DNA of 57,107 nucleotides from a virus (lineage: Duplodnaviria > Caudoviricetes). The translations under genes were made by a program, and so were the position numbers. The stretch spans positions 1 to 57,107 of IMG/VR virus record IMGVR_UViG_3300021407_000002; one strand, 5' to 3'. Shown piece by piece: positions 45,914 through 55,162 of this stretch (the stretch's first letter is position 1; every line of letters starts with the position of its first letter). The notes below the pieces were generated by a model. That model did no database searches, was not told the origin of the DNA, and was given only the letters and a program-made list of their open reading frames with translations.

Positions 45914-47617
45914 TCAAAACACCAGCAGATCGCGATCCGTATAGATATAACCTCCGCCATCCTTCTCGTGTGCTATTGACACGCCCAGCGCGATGATCGT
46001 TGCAATGGCACAGTCGATTTTTTTCTCCACCGACTCCTTGCGGGGATACACGTTCGATCTCGCGTCGTAGTGCCCAACGACGTTGCCGATGCACCAGGCC
46101 AGCACCGGATCCCCAGTGTGCATGATGCGGCGCTCACGCATCAGCGCATCGAGCAGCTTGGTCGGCTCGGAAAAATTAAGAGTAGAGCTGCGGTATTCCT
46201 GCATCGGGAAGCCCTCATTGCGGAGGCGCTGGGATAGCTGCATGATCATATACGGGTCGTAACCACAGGCCCGCATGTCATACTCAGCAGCAGCAGCCCG
46301 CAACCAATCTTCCACCGCCTCGAAATCAGTGGTCTCGCCTTGCGTCACGGTGAGCATGCCCGCGTCCGCCCACTGCACATAAAGCGGATTGCGCTCAGGG
46401 TCGACCGCCGCATCAGGCAGGAATGCATTCGAGAACACTGCATAGCTCGTCTTGTCAGTCTCAGCATCGTAACGCGGAAAGATCAATACAGCAGCGGCAA
46501 TATCGACCCGCGTCGCCATGTCGATCGCTGCAAAGCATGGCTCGCCCTTGAAGTCTGCCAGGCGCAGAGCTGGACTAGCGCACGCCTCCCATGCACCAGT
46601 GTCGAATAATGCATTGTTGGCACTCACCCATGCATTCAGGTGGCGCGTTTTGAAAGCTGCCTGCAAGGCCGGCGAGGCCAGTGCCTGGCGGGCCAGCGCG
46701 TGCAGAGCATCCGGCTGCACCAGCTCACCCCAGCCTGGGTTTGCCTTCTGCCAGGTCTCTTCGGACCATGGGTCGTCGTCAGGGTCCGCGTCGTATATGC
46801 ACCCGAAAAAATGGTCATCGTTCAAGATGCCGCCGAGAACCTGCTCGGTATAGTTCCAGACCTGGCGGCCGACGCCGGTAGCATTGTCCGTCGCGGTGCT
46901 GATGGAGATTAGCAGCGGCTGCAATCTTTTGCCGGTGGCAGTGATCAGCACGTCATAGATAGCTGATGAGCGGTGAGACCCGATCTCGTCCAGCACGGCG
47001 AAATGCACGTTCAGGCCATCCAATGCCTTGGCGTGGGCACTGAGCGCGCGGAACGATGAGCCGGTGCGGGCTTGTGAGACCGTGTGAGCATTGACCTGCA
47101 CGCCGTAGTGCCGGCGAAACTCGGGATTCTTCTCGGTCATCACCTTAGCCATGTCCAGCGCGATCGTTGCCTGCGACCGCGAGACTGCTGCCGAGTAGCC
47201 TTCAGCTCCACCCTCGGCCTCGGTGAACGTTACGAACAGGGCAAGCACTGCCGCGAGGGTCGTCTTGCCATTGCCCCGCGCAATCCAGATTGATGCCTGG
47301 CGGAACCTCCGTGCCCCGGTCGCGCGGTCCACAAACCCGAATAGGTTGATGAGTAACCATTTCTCGAAAGGCAACAACGTGATCCGCTCACCTGCCTTCG
47401 GTCCTTTGACGTTGACCATCAGGTGAGCGAAGACGATGGGTGCCTGGGCGCGTTTGGGATCGAACACCCACTCGCTATCGGGCTGCCTGGCTCGCTGCAG
47501 GTCGTCCAGGAACCGGCTGCAAGCCTGCCTGGCCTTCTTGCCTGCCTTGGTGCGACCACTGGCCACAGCGCGCGCGTAGGCGATCCCCTCGGTGACCACA
47601 TCGGGCAGCTTGATCAA
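45914..47617 (-). CDS. terL: Terminase large subunit
   Basis: IARGNGKT Walker A, VLDE Walker B, ISTA, KANP, YDPY, KIDCAIA. Confidence 0.95.
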   Translation of the reverse strand: MIKLPDVVTEGIAYARAVASGRTKAGKKARQACSRFLDDLQRARQPDSEWVFDPKRAQAPIVFAHLMVNVKGPKAGERITLLPFEKWLLINLFGFVDRATGARRFRQASIWIARGNGKTTLAAVLALFVTFTEAEGGAEGYSAAVSRSQATIALDMAKVMTEKNPEFRRHYGVQVNAHTVSQARTGSSFRALSAHAKALDGLNVHFAVLDEIGSHRSSAIYDVLITATGKRLQPLLISISTATDNATGVGRQVWNYTEQVLGGILNDDHFFGCIYDADPDDDPWSEETWQKANPGWGELVQPDALHALARQALASPALQAAFKTRHLNAWVSANNALFDTGAWEACASPALRLADFKGEPCFAAIDMATRVDIAAAVLIFPRYDAETDKTSYAVFSNAFLPDAAVDPERNPLYVQWADAGMLTVTQGETTDFEAVEDWLRAAAAEYDMRACGYDPYMIMQLSQRLRNEGFPMQEYRSSTLNFSEPTKLLDALMRERRIMHTGDPVLAWCIGNVVGHYDARSNVYPRKESVEKKIDCAIATIIALGVSIAHEKDGGGYIYTDRDLLVF

Positions 47618-48141
47618 TCTTTCCTCCCGCCCTCGACGACCCGCAGGCTGCGAAGCAGCTCCCACCCGGTGCCGGGGTCCGCGTCCTCGTCCCTCGCATC
47701 AGGCACCTTGAATCGCGCACGGGCTGACGGGGTGAAACCCATCTCACCTTGCAGGTTGCGCATGATCAGCACGCAATGGTTGATGACCCGGAGATAGGGC
47801 GAGAGGCCGGGACCATCCTTGCGCTTGACCAGGAACGGCAACGGCTGGCCCTCGTCCAGTTTACGTTGCGCGACCACTGCCTTGGCGTGCCGGTCCACGA
47901 CCTCGATGTAGTTGGCAAACACCACCCAGTCGATGCGGCGCAGCAGATCGCGCGGCGCGTCCAACAGTATCTCGGCCCACAGCTCCCGCTGCGCGGCCGT
48001 CATCCATTCCGGCGCTGGCTTGTGGGCCAGGTCGCCGACAGCCTCCGGGTCGGCGCGGTTGCCATGCCGGCACGGCTGCAATGTCCCTTGCAGTTTCAGC
48101 ACGGCGGTCGGCTTCGGGTGCGGCCCCCCTTTGCGAGCCAT
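47614..48141 (-). CDS. terS: Terminase small subunit, P27 family
   Basis: PKPTAVLKLQG..PAPEWM..EMGFTPSARAR. Confidence 0.9.
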   Translation of the reverse strand: MARKGGPHPKPTAVLKLQGTLQPCRHGNRADPEAVGDLAHKPAPEWMTAAQRELWAEILLDAPRDLLRRIDWVVFANYIEVVDRHAKAVVAQRKLDEGQPLPFLVKRKDGPGLSPYLRVINHCVLIMRNLQGEMGFTPSARARFKVPDARDEDADPGTGWELLRSLRVVEGGRKD

Positions 48142-48234
48142 AGCGAGCTATCCGATCAGTGCCAGGTGGTGCGCGGTTCGCAACAGGTGAGCGCCGGCCG
48201 CTGGCAGGTCAAGCTCGTTCCGCCTGGGGTGAAA

Positions 48235-48318
48235 ATCGCTCGGAATTGCACGCGAAAAAACTTGCCTTGCCGAGCCTGTCCTCGGGAATCTCGCGGAATC
48301 TTCAAACGCCCCCCCCTA
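48235..48318 (-). other. Probable cos region
   Basis: Non-coding gap between HNH and terS with G7 run then T6-CGCG tract, as in HK97-like cos phages; exact cut site not determinable. Confidence 0.45.
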
Positions 48319-48471
48319 TGCTTGGCCAAGTTTCGGCAGGTGGAGCAGCCAGGTGACGAAACCAACCGCGAGCGCGAGGCCCACGACCACGATAAGCAGG
48401 CCCACGCAGAACATGAAAGCGCGCGGCGACATCGGCTTCCATTCATGGCGCATCGGCGGTGGCTCACGCAC
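48316..48471 (-). CDS. Small single-TM protein
   Basis: FMFCVGLLIVVVGLALAVGFVTWLL. Confidence 0.45.
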   Translation of the reverse strand: MREPPPMRHEWKPMSPRAFMFCVGLLIVVVGLALAVGFVTWLLHLPKLGQA

Positions 48472-48808
48472 GGCGTCGTTCCCGTTGCGTCTTTGCGTTA
48501 TGGCAAGGATAACACAAACTTTGCAAGTTGCTCGGATCGAGCCGACGCTCGGGCGCATCGCGGATCGTCTGGATATGATCGACCATCGCCGCGATCGTCT
48601 CCCGACCAAGCTGCATGCACGCCCGGCAGTATGGTTCTTCGGCCAGGTGCTGCTTGCGCACTGCCCGCCAATCGACATCGTAGCCGCGCTGCGCTGCTGG
48701 TGCTGGTGGATTGTAGCGCTGTTGCTCCGTGCGGAATGCTGCCAGCCGTTCAGCTTGTGACGGCAGCCAGGGTGCACGGAACAGTGGCGCGCGGGCGTTC
48801 TTGGTCAT
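48464..48808 (-). CDS. HNH endonuclease (terminase-associated)
   Basis: QRGYD..EPYCRAC..VDHI..NLQSLCYPCHNAKT. Confidence 0.92.
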   Translation of the reverse strand: MTKNARAPLFRAPWLPSQAERLAAFRTEQQRYNPPAPAAQRGYDVDWRAVRKQHLAEEPYCRACMQLGRETIAAMVDHIQTIRDAPERRLDPSNLQSLCYPCHNAKTQRERRRA

Positions 48809-49041
48809 GCGGCCTGTTGATCCGGCTGCGGTCCATTGTTGGGACCGCGCTTGGCCTGGCGGGGCGTGAGCGCCGCAGCGATCTGTCCAGTCAGGTTGCG
48901 GATGATTGGATCGGCCGTCTTCCACGGTGCCTCGGTCAGCAGTTGGTGCACAGCATTCCACTGGCCGAGGGTGAGCACGATGGCCAGTGGCTCGGCCAGG
49001 TTGTATGTCGTCGGCTGCTCGATTGTGTTGTCGTCTCGCAT
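48805..49041 (-). CDS. Hypothetical protein
   Basis: GGAG upstream; follows tail fibre. Confidence 0.6.
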   Translation of the reverse strand: MRDDNTIEQPTTYNLAEPLAIVLTLGQWNAVHQLLTEAPWKTADPIIRNLTGQIAAALTPRQAKRGPNNGPQPDQQAA

Positions 49042-49058
49042 GTTGGTTGCTCCGTTTG

Positions 49059-50051
49059 TTACGCTGGCATAGGGGTTGCGGCGCCACCTTCAAGCGCCCT
49101 GACACGTAGCGCAAGCTGTTGGATCGCGCGCACTAGGAAGGCTGGCGTGGAATTCCCGACATCGCTATTTACCAGAAACCCGATTGGCACGGGAACGACC
49201 TCGCCATCAGCGCCTCGATGTGAGCCGCTACCAAGCCGCATTGCTGCGATGGTGTCCAATGCGTCTACTGTGACAGCGCTGGCCTGTGCGGCTTCAAACA
49301 GTATCGGCTGCAAGATAATCTGACCCTGAAGCCCGCCGCCGCTATTCGCATTGACATAGACAGCGAGATGAGTCGCGCCAGCGACTTGCCAGCCAAAACC
49401 GATTGTCGGAATTGAAAACTGGCTGTAGACGATCCCATCGGCTTGAACTCTGGTGCCGTTGCACGAGGTTGGCCTTTGGATCGTTACGTCCCGCGTTCCT
49501 CGATTGATTGTAATAACGTTCTGGATAGGCGGCCCGCCGGTTAGTAATCCGATCTGAAAGTCACCGTTTGGCTCGGTATTGAGCGTCCACCGTTCGGTAG
49601 GGTGTGCGCCGACAGCGAGCTCGGCAAGGCCATACTGGCCCGCCGGATCAAAAGCGTAGCAGTGCAAGGCGCCGACCTGTCCGGGGGTTGATATAGACGT
49701 ATCGGAATACAAAATTCCGACTGCGGAAATATTCCCGGCAGCGTTGATATTGCCGTTTGCGCCGTTGAGGGTTAATGGCCCTGTCATCGTGTCGCCGGCT
49801 TTGTGAACGTATTGGCCAGCATGGTTGGCAGCGATCGCATTGATCGCTTGCCAGAGCTGGTCGTGGCGGGTCCCGTCGAGTGGTATCCCAGCAAGCTCGA
49901 CAACGGTGCAAGGTTCCTCTTGCGTGGCGTCGAACCAGATCGCTTCAAGCTGCGTGGTAGACAGCCCGGTCTGAGGATTGCCATCGGTAAAGCCGTCCTT
50001 TCCGGGACCGAATTTATCGATGAAGCGGGTCGGCGTGCTGATACGTTGCAT
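49059..50051 (-). CDS. Tail fibre (Mu gp49/SfV-type N-terminus)
   Basis: MQRISTPT..DKFGPGKDGFTDGNP..WFDATQEE; C-terminal LVRAIQQL coiled coil. Confidence 0.88.
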   Translation of the reverse strand: MQRISTPTRFIDKFGPGKDGFTDGNPQTGLSTTQLEAIWFDATQEEPCTVVELAGIPLDGTRHDQLWQAINAIAANHAGQYVHKAGDTMTGPLTLNGANGNINAAGNISAVGILYSDTSISTPGQVGALHCYAFDPAGQYGLAELAVGAHPTERWTLNTEPNGDFQIGLLTGGPPIQNVITINRGTRDVTIQRPTSCNGTRVQADGIVYSQFSIPTIGFGWQVAGATHLAVYVNANSGGGLQGQIILQPILFEAAQASAVTVDALDTIAAMRLGSGSHRGADGEVVPVPIGFLVNSDVGNSTPAFLVRAIQQLALRVRALEGGAATPMPA

Positions 50052-50054
50052 GGC

Positions 50055-50324
50055 TTAGTGCCTATCAGGGGGCGAGGGTGGGGGCGGCGGCGGCGGGCGA
50101 TTGGCGCCCGCAGCGATGAGGGCAAGGATCGCGGTTAGTATCTCGGCCCACCAATCGTGCAGACTTTCGACCAGGCCGAGCTTTACGCAGGTGCCGGGCG
50201 GCGCGACGCCCGATAATACACCCCACATGCAGCCGGCGCCCACAATCAGCATGCAGACAAGCACAACGCCGATCGTCGCCGCCAGCAACCAGAAGCAGGC
50301 CCGGAGCATGTCGAACTGGCGCAC
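50055..50324 (-). CDS. Two-TM membrane protein (holin candidate)
   Basis: Two hydrophobic helices, Pro-rich tail. Confidence 0.55.
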   Translation of the reverse strand: MRQFDMLRACFWLLAATIGVVLVCMLIVGAGCMWGVLSGVAPPGTCVKLGLVESLHDWWAEILTAILALIAAGANRPPPPPPPSPPDRH

Positions 50325-50336
50325 GGCTGGGCGAGC

Positions 50337-50582
50337 TCACGGCGGTATTTCGTTCGTCGGCAGGCCAACCCAGGCGGTGAATTGCAGATCGCGGACAGCG
50401 CGCTCTAGCAGCCTCACGCGAGCCTCTAGCGCCTCGATCGCCGCCGGATCGGCGAGCAGCCTCGGCGCGCCCGCAACGCCAGCATAGAGACGCGGCGTGG
50501 CGGGCGTCATGTCAATGGCAGGCTCACCGTCAGATAGGGCGGTCGGTGGTCCAGTGCCCCGGCGCAGTTGGATCGTCGCCAT
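50337..50582 (-). CDS. Short fibre adaptor with Mtd_N-like start
   Basis: MATIQLRRGT..LSDGEP plus coiled coil. Confidence 0.65.
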   Translation of the reverse strand: MATIQLRRGTGPPTALSDGEPAIDMTPATPRLYAGVAGAPRLLADPAAIEALEARVRLLERAVRDLQFTAWVGLPTNEIPP

Positions 50583-50605
50583 CGTTCAGCTTTCCATAAC
50601 AGTTA

Positions 50606-51688
50606 TCAGAATGAGCCGCCGTCTACGATATCGACCGAGAGGGGCGACGCTGCGGTGCCCAGGCCAAACAGCGAGCCATCAGTGGCGACCTCAATCAGTG
50701 ACCTGGCAACTATTTGGCTCAGCGCGTCCTGCACGTTGGTGGCGGTGAGGGGTGGAATGGTGGTGATGTTGACGTTCGATGCTGTCAGGACCGCGCCGCC
50801 GACCTCGACCACGACCCACGCAGGGGTCGCGTCACAGATCAGCCAGTCGCCTCGGGTGTATGTCCCAGAGGGTGGCGTCGGTGCCACCGGCCCGACTGGT
50901 GGGCCGCCGCTCGTGCAGATGAGATACCAGCCGCGCCGCGCCGCCGTGGCCGGGGGCAGGTCGCCCTGCGGGATAGGGTTGATCGGGTTCGGCGACGGCG
51001 TAACGGTATTGGTGGCGACGTCATAGGTGCCACCGAACACCAGGTTGCCGGTGAGGTTGGCGATGGCGTTGTTTAGCTCATTGATGGCAGGCACGACGGT
51101 CTTCGCAGTGGTCTGTAGTGCTGCCACGTCAGCACCCATCGGACCGCGCAGGCCGAGCGAGGTGATCGGAAAGATTGGGTCGGCACCTGCGGCGATCTGA
51201 GCGCCGGAAGCGACTGCCATACCCAGGGCCGATCCCACCAGGGTGAGCGCGCTGCCAGCCGGGACGTTGACCGCACCGCGCAAGGCAGCAGTTGCGATGA
51301 TGACACTCAGCGGGACAGCATCGCCGTCGCCGGTCATGGTCGCATCGTGGTTGACTGCAACGATCCCGCCGCCTGGTGGCGTCTGCGGGCCGAACCGGAG
51401 ATTCCCAGCGCCGTCAGTGATCAGCACATTGTCTGCCACGCCTCCGGTGACCCGCAGCGTCGTGGTGCTGAAAGTCTTGGCGCCAGTGACAGTTTGGGCG
51501 CCGGCGACCTCGACCTGGCGGGCACTGTCCACCAGCGGAATAAGCGCGGTCCCCGTGTCGATCCATAAAGAGTTCGGACCGCTGCCGGTAAAGCCTGGCA
51601 AGTTGAAAAACGGCTCGCCCTCGTTGAGCGTGGCAGGTGGAGCGACTTGCCCACCAGTGACGTGGCGGCGCAGTTGGATCGTTGCCAT
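50606..51688 (-). CDS. Tail fibre-like protein with Mtd_N-like start
   Basis: MATIQLRR..LNEGEP; QTVTGAKTF; VDGGSF end. Confidence 0.7.
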   Translation of the reverse strand: MATIQLRRHVTGGQVAPPATLNEGEPFFNLPGFTGSGPNSLWIDTGTALIPLVDSARQVEVAGAQTVTGAKTFSTTTLRVTGGVADNVLITDGAGNLRFGPQTPPGGGIVAVNHDATMTGDGDAVPLSVIIATAALRGAVNVPAGSALTLVGSALGMAVASGAQIAAGADPIFPITSLGLRGPMGADVAALQTTAKTVVPAINELNNAIANLTGNLVFGGTYDVATNTVTPSPNPINPIPQGDLPPATAARRGWYLICTSGGPPVGPVAPTPPSGTYTRGDWLICDATPAWVVVEVGGAVLTASNVNITTIPPLTATNVQDALSQIVARSLIEVATDGSLFGLGTAASPLSVDIVDGGSF

Positions 51689-52075
51689 TTAGAACGTTCC
51701 TCCATCAATCCGTTGTGTCGCCGTGAACACGATCGGCCCGCTCATCGCGCCGCCTGCCAGGTCCAGCTTAGTGATCTGTAGTGCCTCGATCTCGTCCACC
51801 GCTGCTTGGAAATTCTGCCGCACCGAGGCAGTGGTCGGCGTGCCGAAAACCGGGAAGTTGGGATCGATCGCCGAGACCAGCCTGGCAGATGAGTTGCGCA
51901 ATATCGGGGTTGGCGGCGGGCGTGAGCTACGCGGCAGCACGTGCACAGGCGGCTGGCGCGGCTGCGGGGCAGATGCCTCGCGCTGCATGAGGGCAAGCGC
52001 CTTGCGCACCATAGCTGCGGACACATGGCGCGGCCGGTGGATTATGGGGCGGCGCATATCATCCCGCCACCTCAC
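51689..52075 (-). CDS. Short fibre adaptor
   Basis: IDPNFPVFGTPTTASVRQNF, shared with tailspike; IDGGTF end. Confidence 0.6.
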   Translation of the reverse strand: MRWRDDMRRPIIHRPRHVSAAMVRKALALMQREASAPQPRQPPVHVLPRSSRPPPTPILRNSSARLVSAIDPNFPVFGTPTTASVRQNFQAAVDEIEALQITKLDLAGGAMSGPIVFTATQRIDGGTF

Positions 52076-54467
52076 AAATCATAACGCGGACAACCCAATT
52101 GAGATTGGCGCCAGCGATGCCGATCCCCTGCACCAACAGCCCGCCGTTGACGGTATCAGGCGGCATGCTAACCCCTAGAGTGGTGAGCGCGGCATCCGCC
52201 CAGTCAGGCGTCTGATTGCCGATCTGCGCGCCGACAATGGCGACTGTCCCAGCTCCGACACCGCGCTTGACCACGCTGACGACATCCCAACCCGCGCTGT
52301 TCCCGGTCGTTGTGTCGCGAGCGGTTACCATGCAACGGACCGTCATGGTGCAATTATCTGCTAACGTAACTATATTGAACGGGGTCGGGCCACCCCCATC
52401 GCTGGTCAGGTTCTTTAGCTCAGCTCCGACAGTCTGACCGCGTAGCACCAGCTCACCGGCCTGCGCGTCGCCGGTCGAGGCGAAACTACCGCTCGCCCAC
52501 GCGCCGCGCCCATAGTTGCCACGCGTCATCGCTTGCGATCCGCCTGGCACCCAAGAAAAGGCGCCGTTGGCGGTCGAGGCTTGGCCAGCGGCCACGATGG
52601 CATGATCACCCGAGGCGGTATTCTGGTCGCCGCCGATAATTACCGACCAAGGTCCGCTGGCACACTGATCGCTAGCAAAGCGTAATGCCTGGAAGTCGAT
52701 CGCCTTGACGCCGCGCGGGTCGCCGGCCGCCGCTTCATTGGTGAAAATGTTATCAGGTGCCATAAACACGGTGAATGCGCCTGTCGCAGTGCAGGTGACG
52801 ACGCCATAGCCTCCGAGCACATCCAATGATCCCCAGTTGCCGGCGAGCGACAAGCCGCCTTGATAGGTATTCCCGACGAGGTCGGCAGTTGAGCCGGTGC
52901 CTCCATTGAGCGTGGTCGCCCCGGCGATCACCGACGAGGTTATTTTTAGTGCATAGATGCCGGTGGTTGGCGTGATGGTAAGATTGCCGGAAAGGAAGCA
53001 ATCGACAATCCGCATCTGGGATATTTCGGTATTGGGGTGGAAGTCTAAGAACTCACCCGGGGTATTGTAAATCACCTCTGCAACGGAAAGATTATAGATC
53101 ACGCCGGTATTGATGTTGCCGCCGATGCCGGCGTTGCACGCTTCCACGTGGCATCCGCGAAATGAAAAGATCGTCGCGGTGTAACCGCCTCCCGCCATGT
53201 TGTCAAAGGTAACCCAGCGTTCCGGACGGTTCTGGCCCTGGTTAAAATGACAGTTGTCGAAGTGGATCGTATTCGGTCCGATCCCAGGGTCGGTCGCGGG
53301 GTCAGGTTGACCGCCAGTGATGCGGACATACGCGTTGCAGTCATAGTCGCCGACGCCGTTGCGGCCGAACCGACACTGTGAAAAGCGCAGCTCAGGCCAA
53401 CTATCAATTTCGACATGCACATCGGTTGCAGCGCCAGAGAAAATTCTGGTCGCCATCGTCGAAAGCCCTGTCACTCCGTTTGCATACCAGCGCCACGGCT
53501 TCGCGTGATTGAAGCTCGTCACGTCCTCCACTACGACGTTGTAAGACGATGTGATGAAGACGCCGACCGAACCTGGTGGAGGGGTGCCGCCAGAGCGCAA
53601 CACGGTAAGGTATTTCAGGCCCTGCGCGAGATTGCCAGTGCCGCCGTCGAGCGTGACGCAGGTCGCCACACCGTTGTCGAAATTGAGCGTTGTGCCGAAG
53701 CCGGCAACCGGCGAACCACCGCCGCGCAGGTTGCCGACCAGGATGACGTTACCCTCTAGCACCAACCCATCGCCGAGACGGTAGCCGGTGGGTGTCGCGG
53801 GCGCGACGACGGTCTGCAAGCCCAGAGCATTCGCTGACTGGATTGCAGCTCTAAAGGCAGGTTGGTCATCGGCGACATTATCGCCGACTGCGCCGAGGTG
53901 GATCACGTTAACCACGAATGCGTCGCGCAGTGCGGAAAGCGCGGCATCGACGTAGCGTTTCGTTGCAGCTTGCAGGTCTGCGTTCGGATCATCTGCCAGC
54001 GTCAGCAGGCCGTTGGCTTTCAAGTCGGTATGAACTGTGGTGAGGTTGTTCGCATCGTCCACAGTCAGCCTGGCATCATTATCGGCAGCGAGCATAAAAA
54101 CGCCGTCGCTGCGCTGGCCAAGCTGCCACCGCTTGTTAAGCACGCCGTTCAGGAACATCGCAAAAACATCGACAGGAGTGCTGGCAGTCATCACCAACGG
54201 ATAAAACCCATCGGTGTCGATCAGTAGCTGGCCGTGCAGGTCGCCACCGTCCAGCCCGAGCTTGGTCGCTTGTAAATCCTCGATGTCGTCCTTGGCCGCC
54301 TGGAAATTGTTACGCACCGACTCAGTGGTCGGGGTGCCGAAAACAGGAAAGCTCGGATCGATCCCCGATACCATCCTCGCGGTCGCATTGCGCACTGCGG
54401 AACCTAGCGGCTCGGGTAGCTCAGCGACGAGCACATTGCGCGGTCGATGTGTTACGGTGCGTCCCAT
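52059..54467 (-). CDS. Tailspike with beta-helix (pectate-lyase-like) domain
   Basis: VNVIHLGAVGDNVADDQPAFRAAI followed by beta-helix-like repeats. Confidence 0.8.
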   Translation of the reverse strand: MGRTVTHRPRNVLVAELPEPLGSAVRNATARMVSGIDPSFPVFGTPTTESVRNNFQAAKDDIEDLQATKLGLDGGDLHGQLLIDTDGFYPLVMTASTPVDVFAMFLNGVLNKRWQLGQRSDGVFMLAADNDARLTVDDANNLTTVHTDLKANGLLTLADDPNADLQAATKRYVDAALSALRDAFVVNVIHLGAVGDNVADDQPAFRAAIQSANALGLQTVVAPATPTGYRLGDGLVLEGNVILVGNLRGGGSPVAGFGTTLNFDNGVATCVTLDGGTGNLAQGLKYLTVLRSGGTPPPGSVGVFITSSYNVVVEDVTSFNHAKPWRWYANGVTGLSTMATRIFSGAATDVHVEIDSWPELRFSQCRFGRNGVGDYDCNAYVRITGGQPDPATDPGIGPNTIHFDNCHFNQGQNRPERWVTFDNMAGGGYTATIFSFRGCHVEACNAGIGGNINTGVIYNLSVAEVIYNTPGEFLDFHPNTEISQMRIVDCFLSGNLTITPTTGIYALKITSSVIAGATTLNGGTGSTADLVGNTYQGGLSLAGNWGSLDVLGGYGVVTCTATGAFTVFMAPDNIFTNEAAAGDPRGVKAIDFQALRFASDQCASGPWSVIIGGDQNTASGDHAIVAAGQASTANGAFSWVPGGSQAMTRGNYGRGAWASGSFASTGDAQAGELVLRGQTVGAELKNLTSDGGGPTPFNIVTLADNCTMTVRCMVTARDTTTGNSAGWDVVSVVKRGVGAGTVAIVGAQIGNQTPDWADAALTTLGVSMPPDTVNGGLLVQGIGIAGANLNWVVRVMICEVAG

Positions 54468-55162
54468 GGCTCGCTTGCCCCCCCGTCCCAGATGCTGGCG
54501 CCGGCATCCCAGATCGAATGCGTCATCGGCGGTAGACCACCAGTGCCGTAACTAAAAATAACGATCGTCTGCGCCGGGGCGATTGCCAGGATCGCGCATT
54601 CAAGTGAGCTGTAACCCCAGGTCGCAAGAAACTCGTTGCAGAATGATCGACACGTCATCCATTCAACGCGCACCGCGTCATCGTGCACTTTGACCAGCCA
54701 GGTATGCGGCCAGTCCGGCCCAGTGTTCAGGAACGCGTTACAGCCCGACCAGGTGCGGAACGGGCGGAATTCGACAACCGATATGTCCCAGCCCAGGGTC
54801 GCGGCATAGTCCACGAAGTCTTGCGGCGTGGTCGTGCCACCTGATTGCCGCTTGGCAATAACATCGCGGCGGCGCAAAGCGATCGTCGGTGCCAGCTCAC
54901 CGACGCATGGCTCAGGCAGGCCGCAATCGGTTTCCCACATCGGCAGGGTTTCAACAGTGGTGCGCGGGTCAGCCTCGGCGAGCAATGCTTGAATGCGGGT
55001 GTATGCGTAATGATGCACACCCACTAGGCCCCGCATCAGACACTGCTGGACCGCTGCAGGATCGCGCGCCCAGGCAAACCCTTCCGGCAGCATAGCAGCC
55101 GCTTGCGTATCGAAGTCCGCTTTGGTCAGCGCGAGCGCGCCGTGTTCCTGTGCTTCGCTCAT
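54452..55162 (-). CDS. Baseplate wedge (Mu gp48 / DUF2313)
   Basis: LPEGFAW, EADPRTT..LPMWE..GLP, LECAI..PAQT. Confidence 0.9.
   Translation of the reverse strand: MSEAQEHGALALTKADFDTQAAAMLPEGFAWARDPAAVQQCLMRGLVGVHHYAYTRIQALLAEADPRTTVETLPMWETDCGLPEPCVGELAPTIALRRRDVIAKRQSGGTTTPQDFVDYAATLGWDISVVEFRPFRTWSGCNAFLNTGPDWPHTWLVKVHDDAVRVEWMTCRSFCNEFLATWGYSSLECAILAIAPAQTIVIFSYGTGGLPPMTHSIWDAGASIWDGGASEPWDAP

Noticed and set aside
47749-49323. 524-aa plus-strand ORF
   Set aside because: Antisense to terS, HNH and tail fibre with no recognisable motifs; a high-GC shadow ORF.
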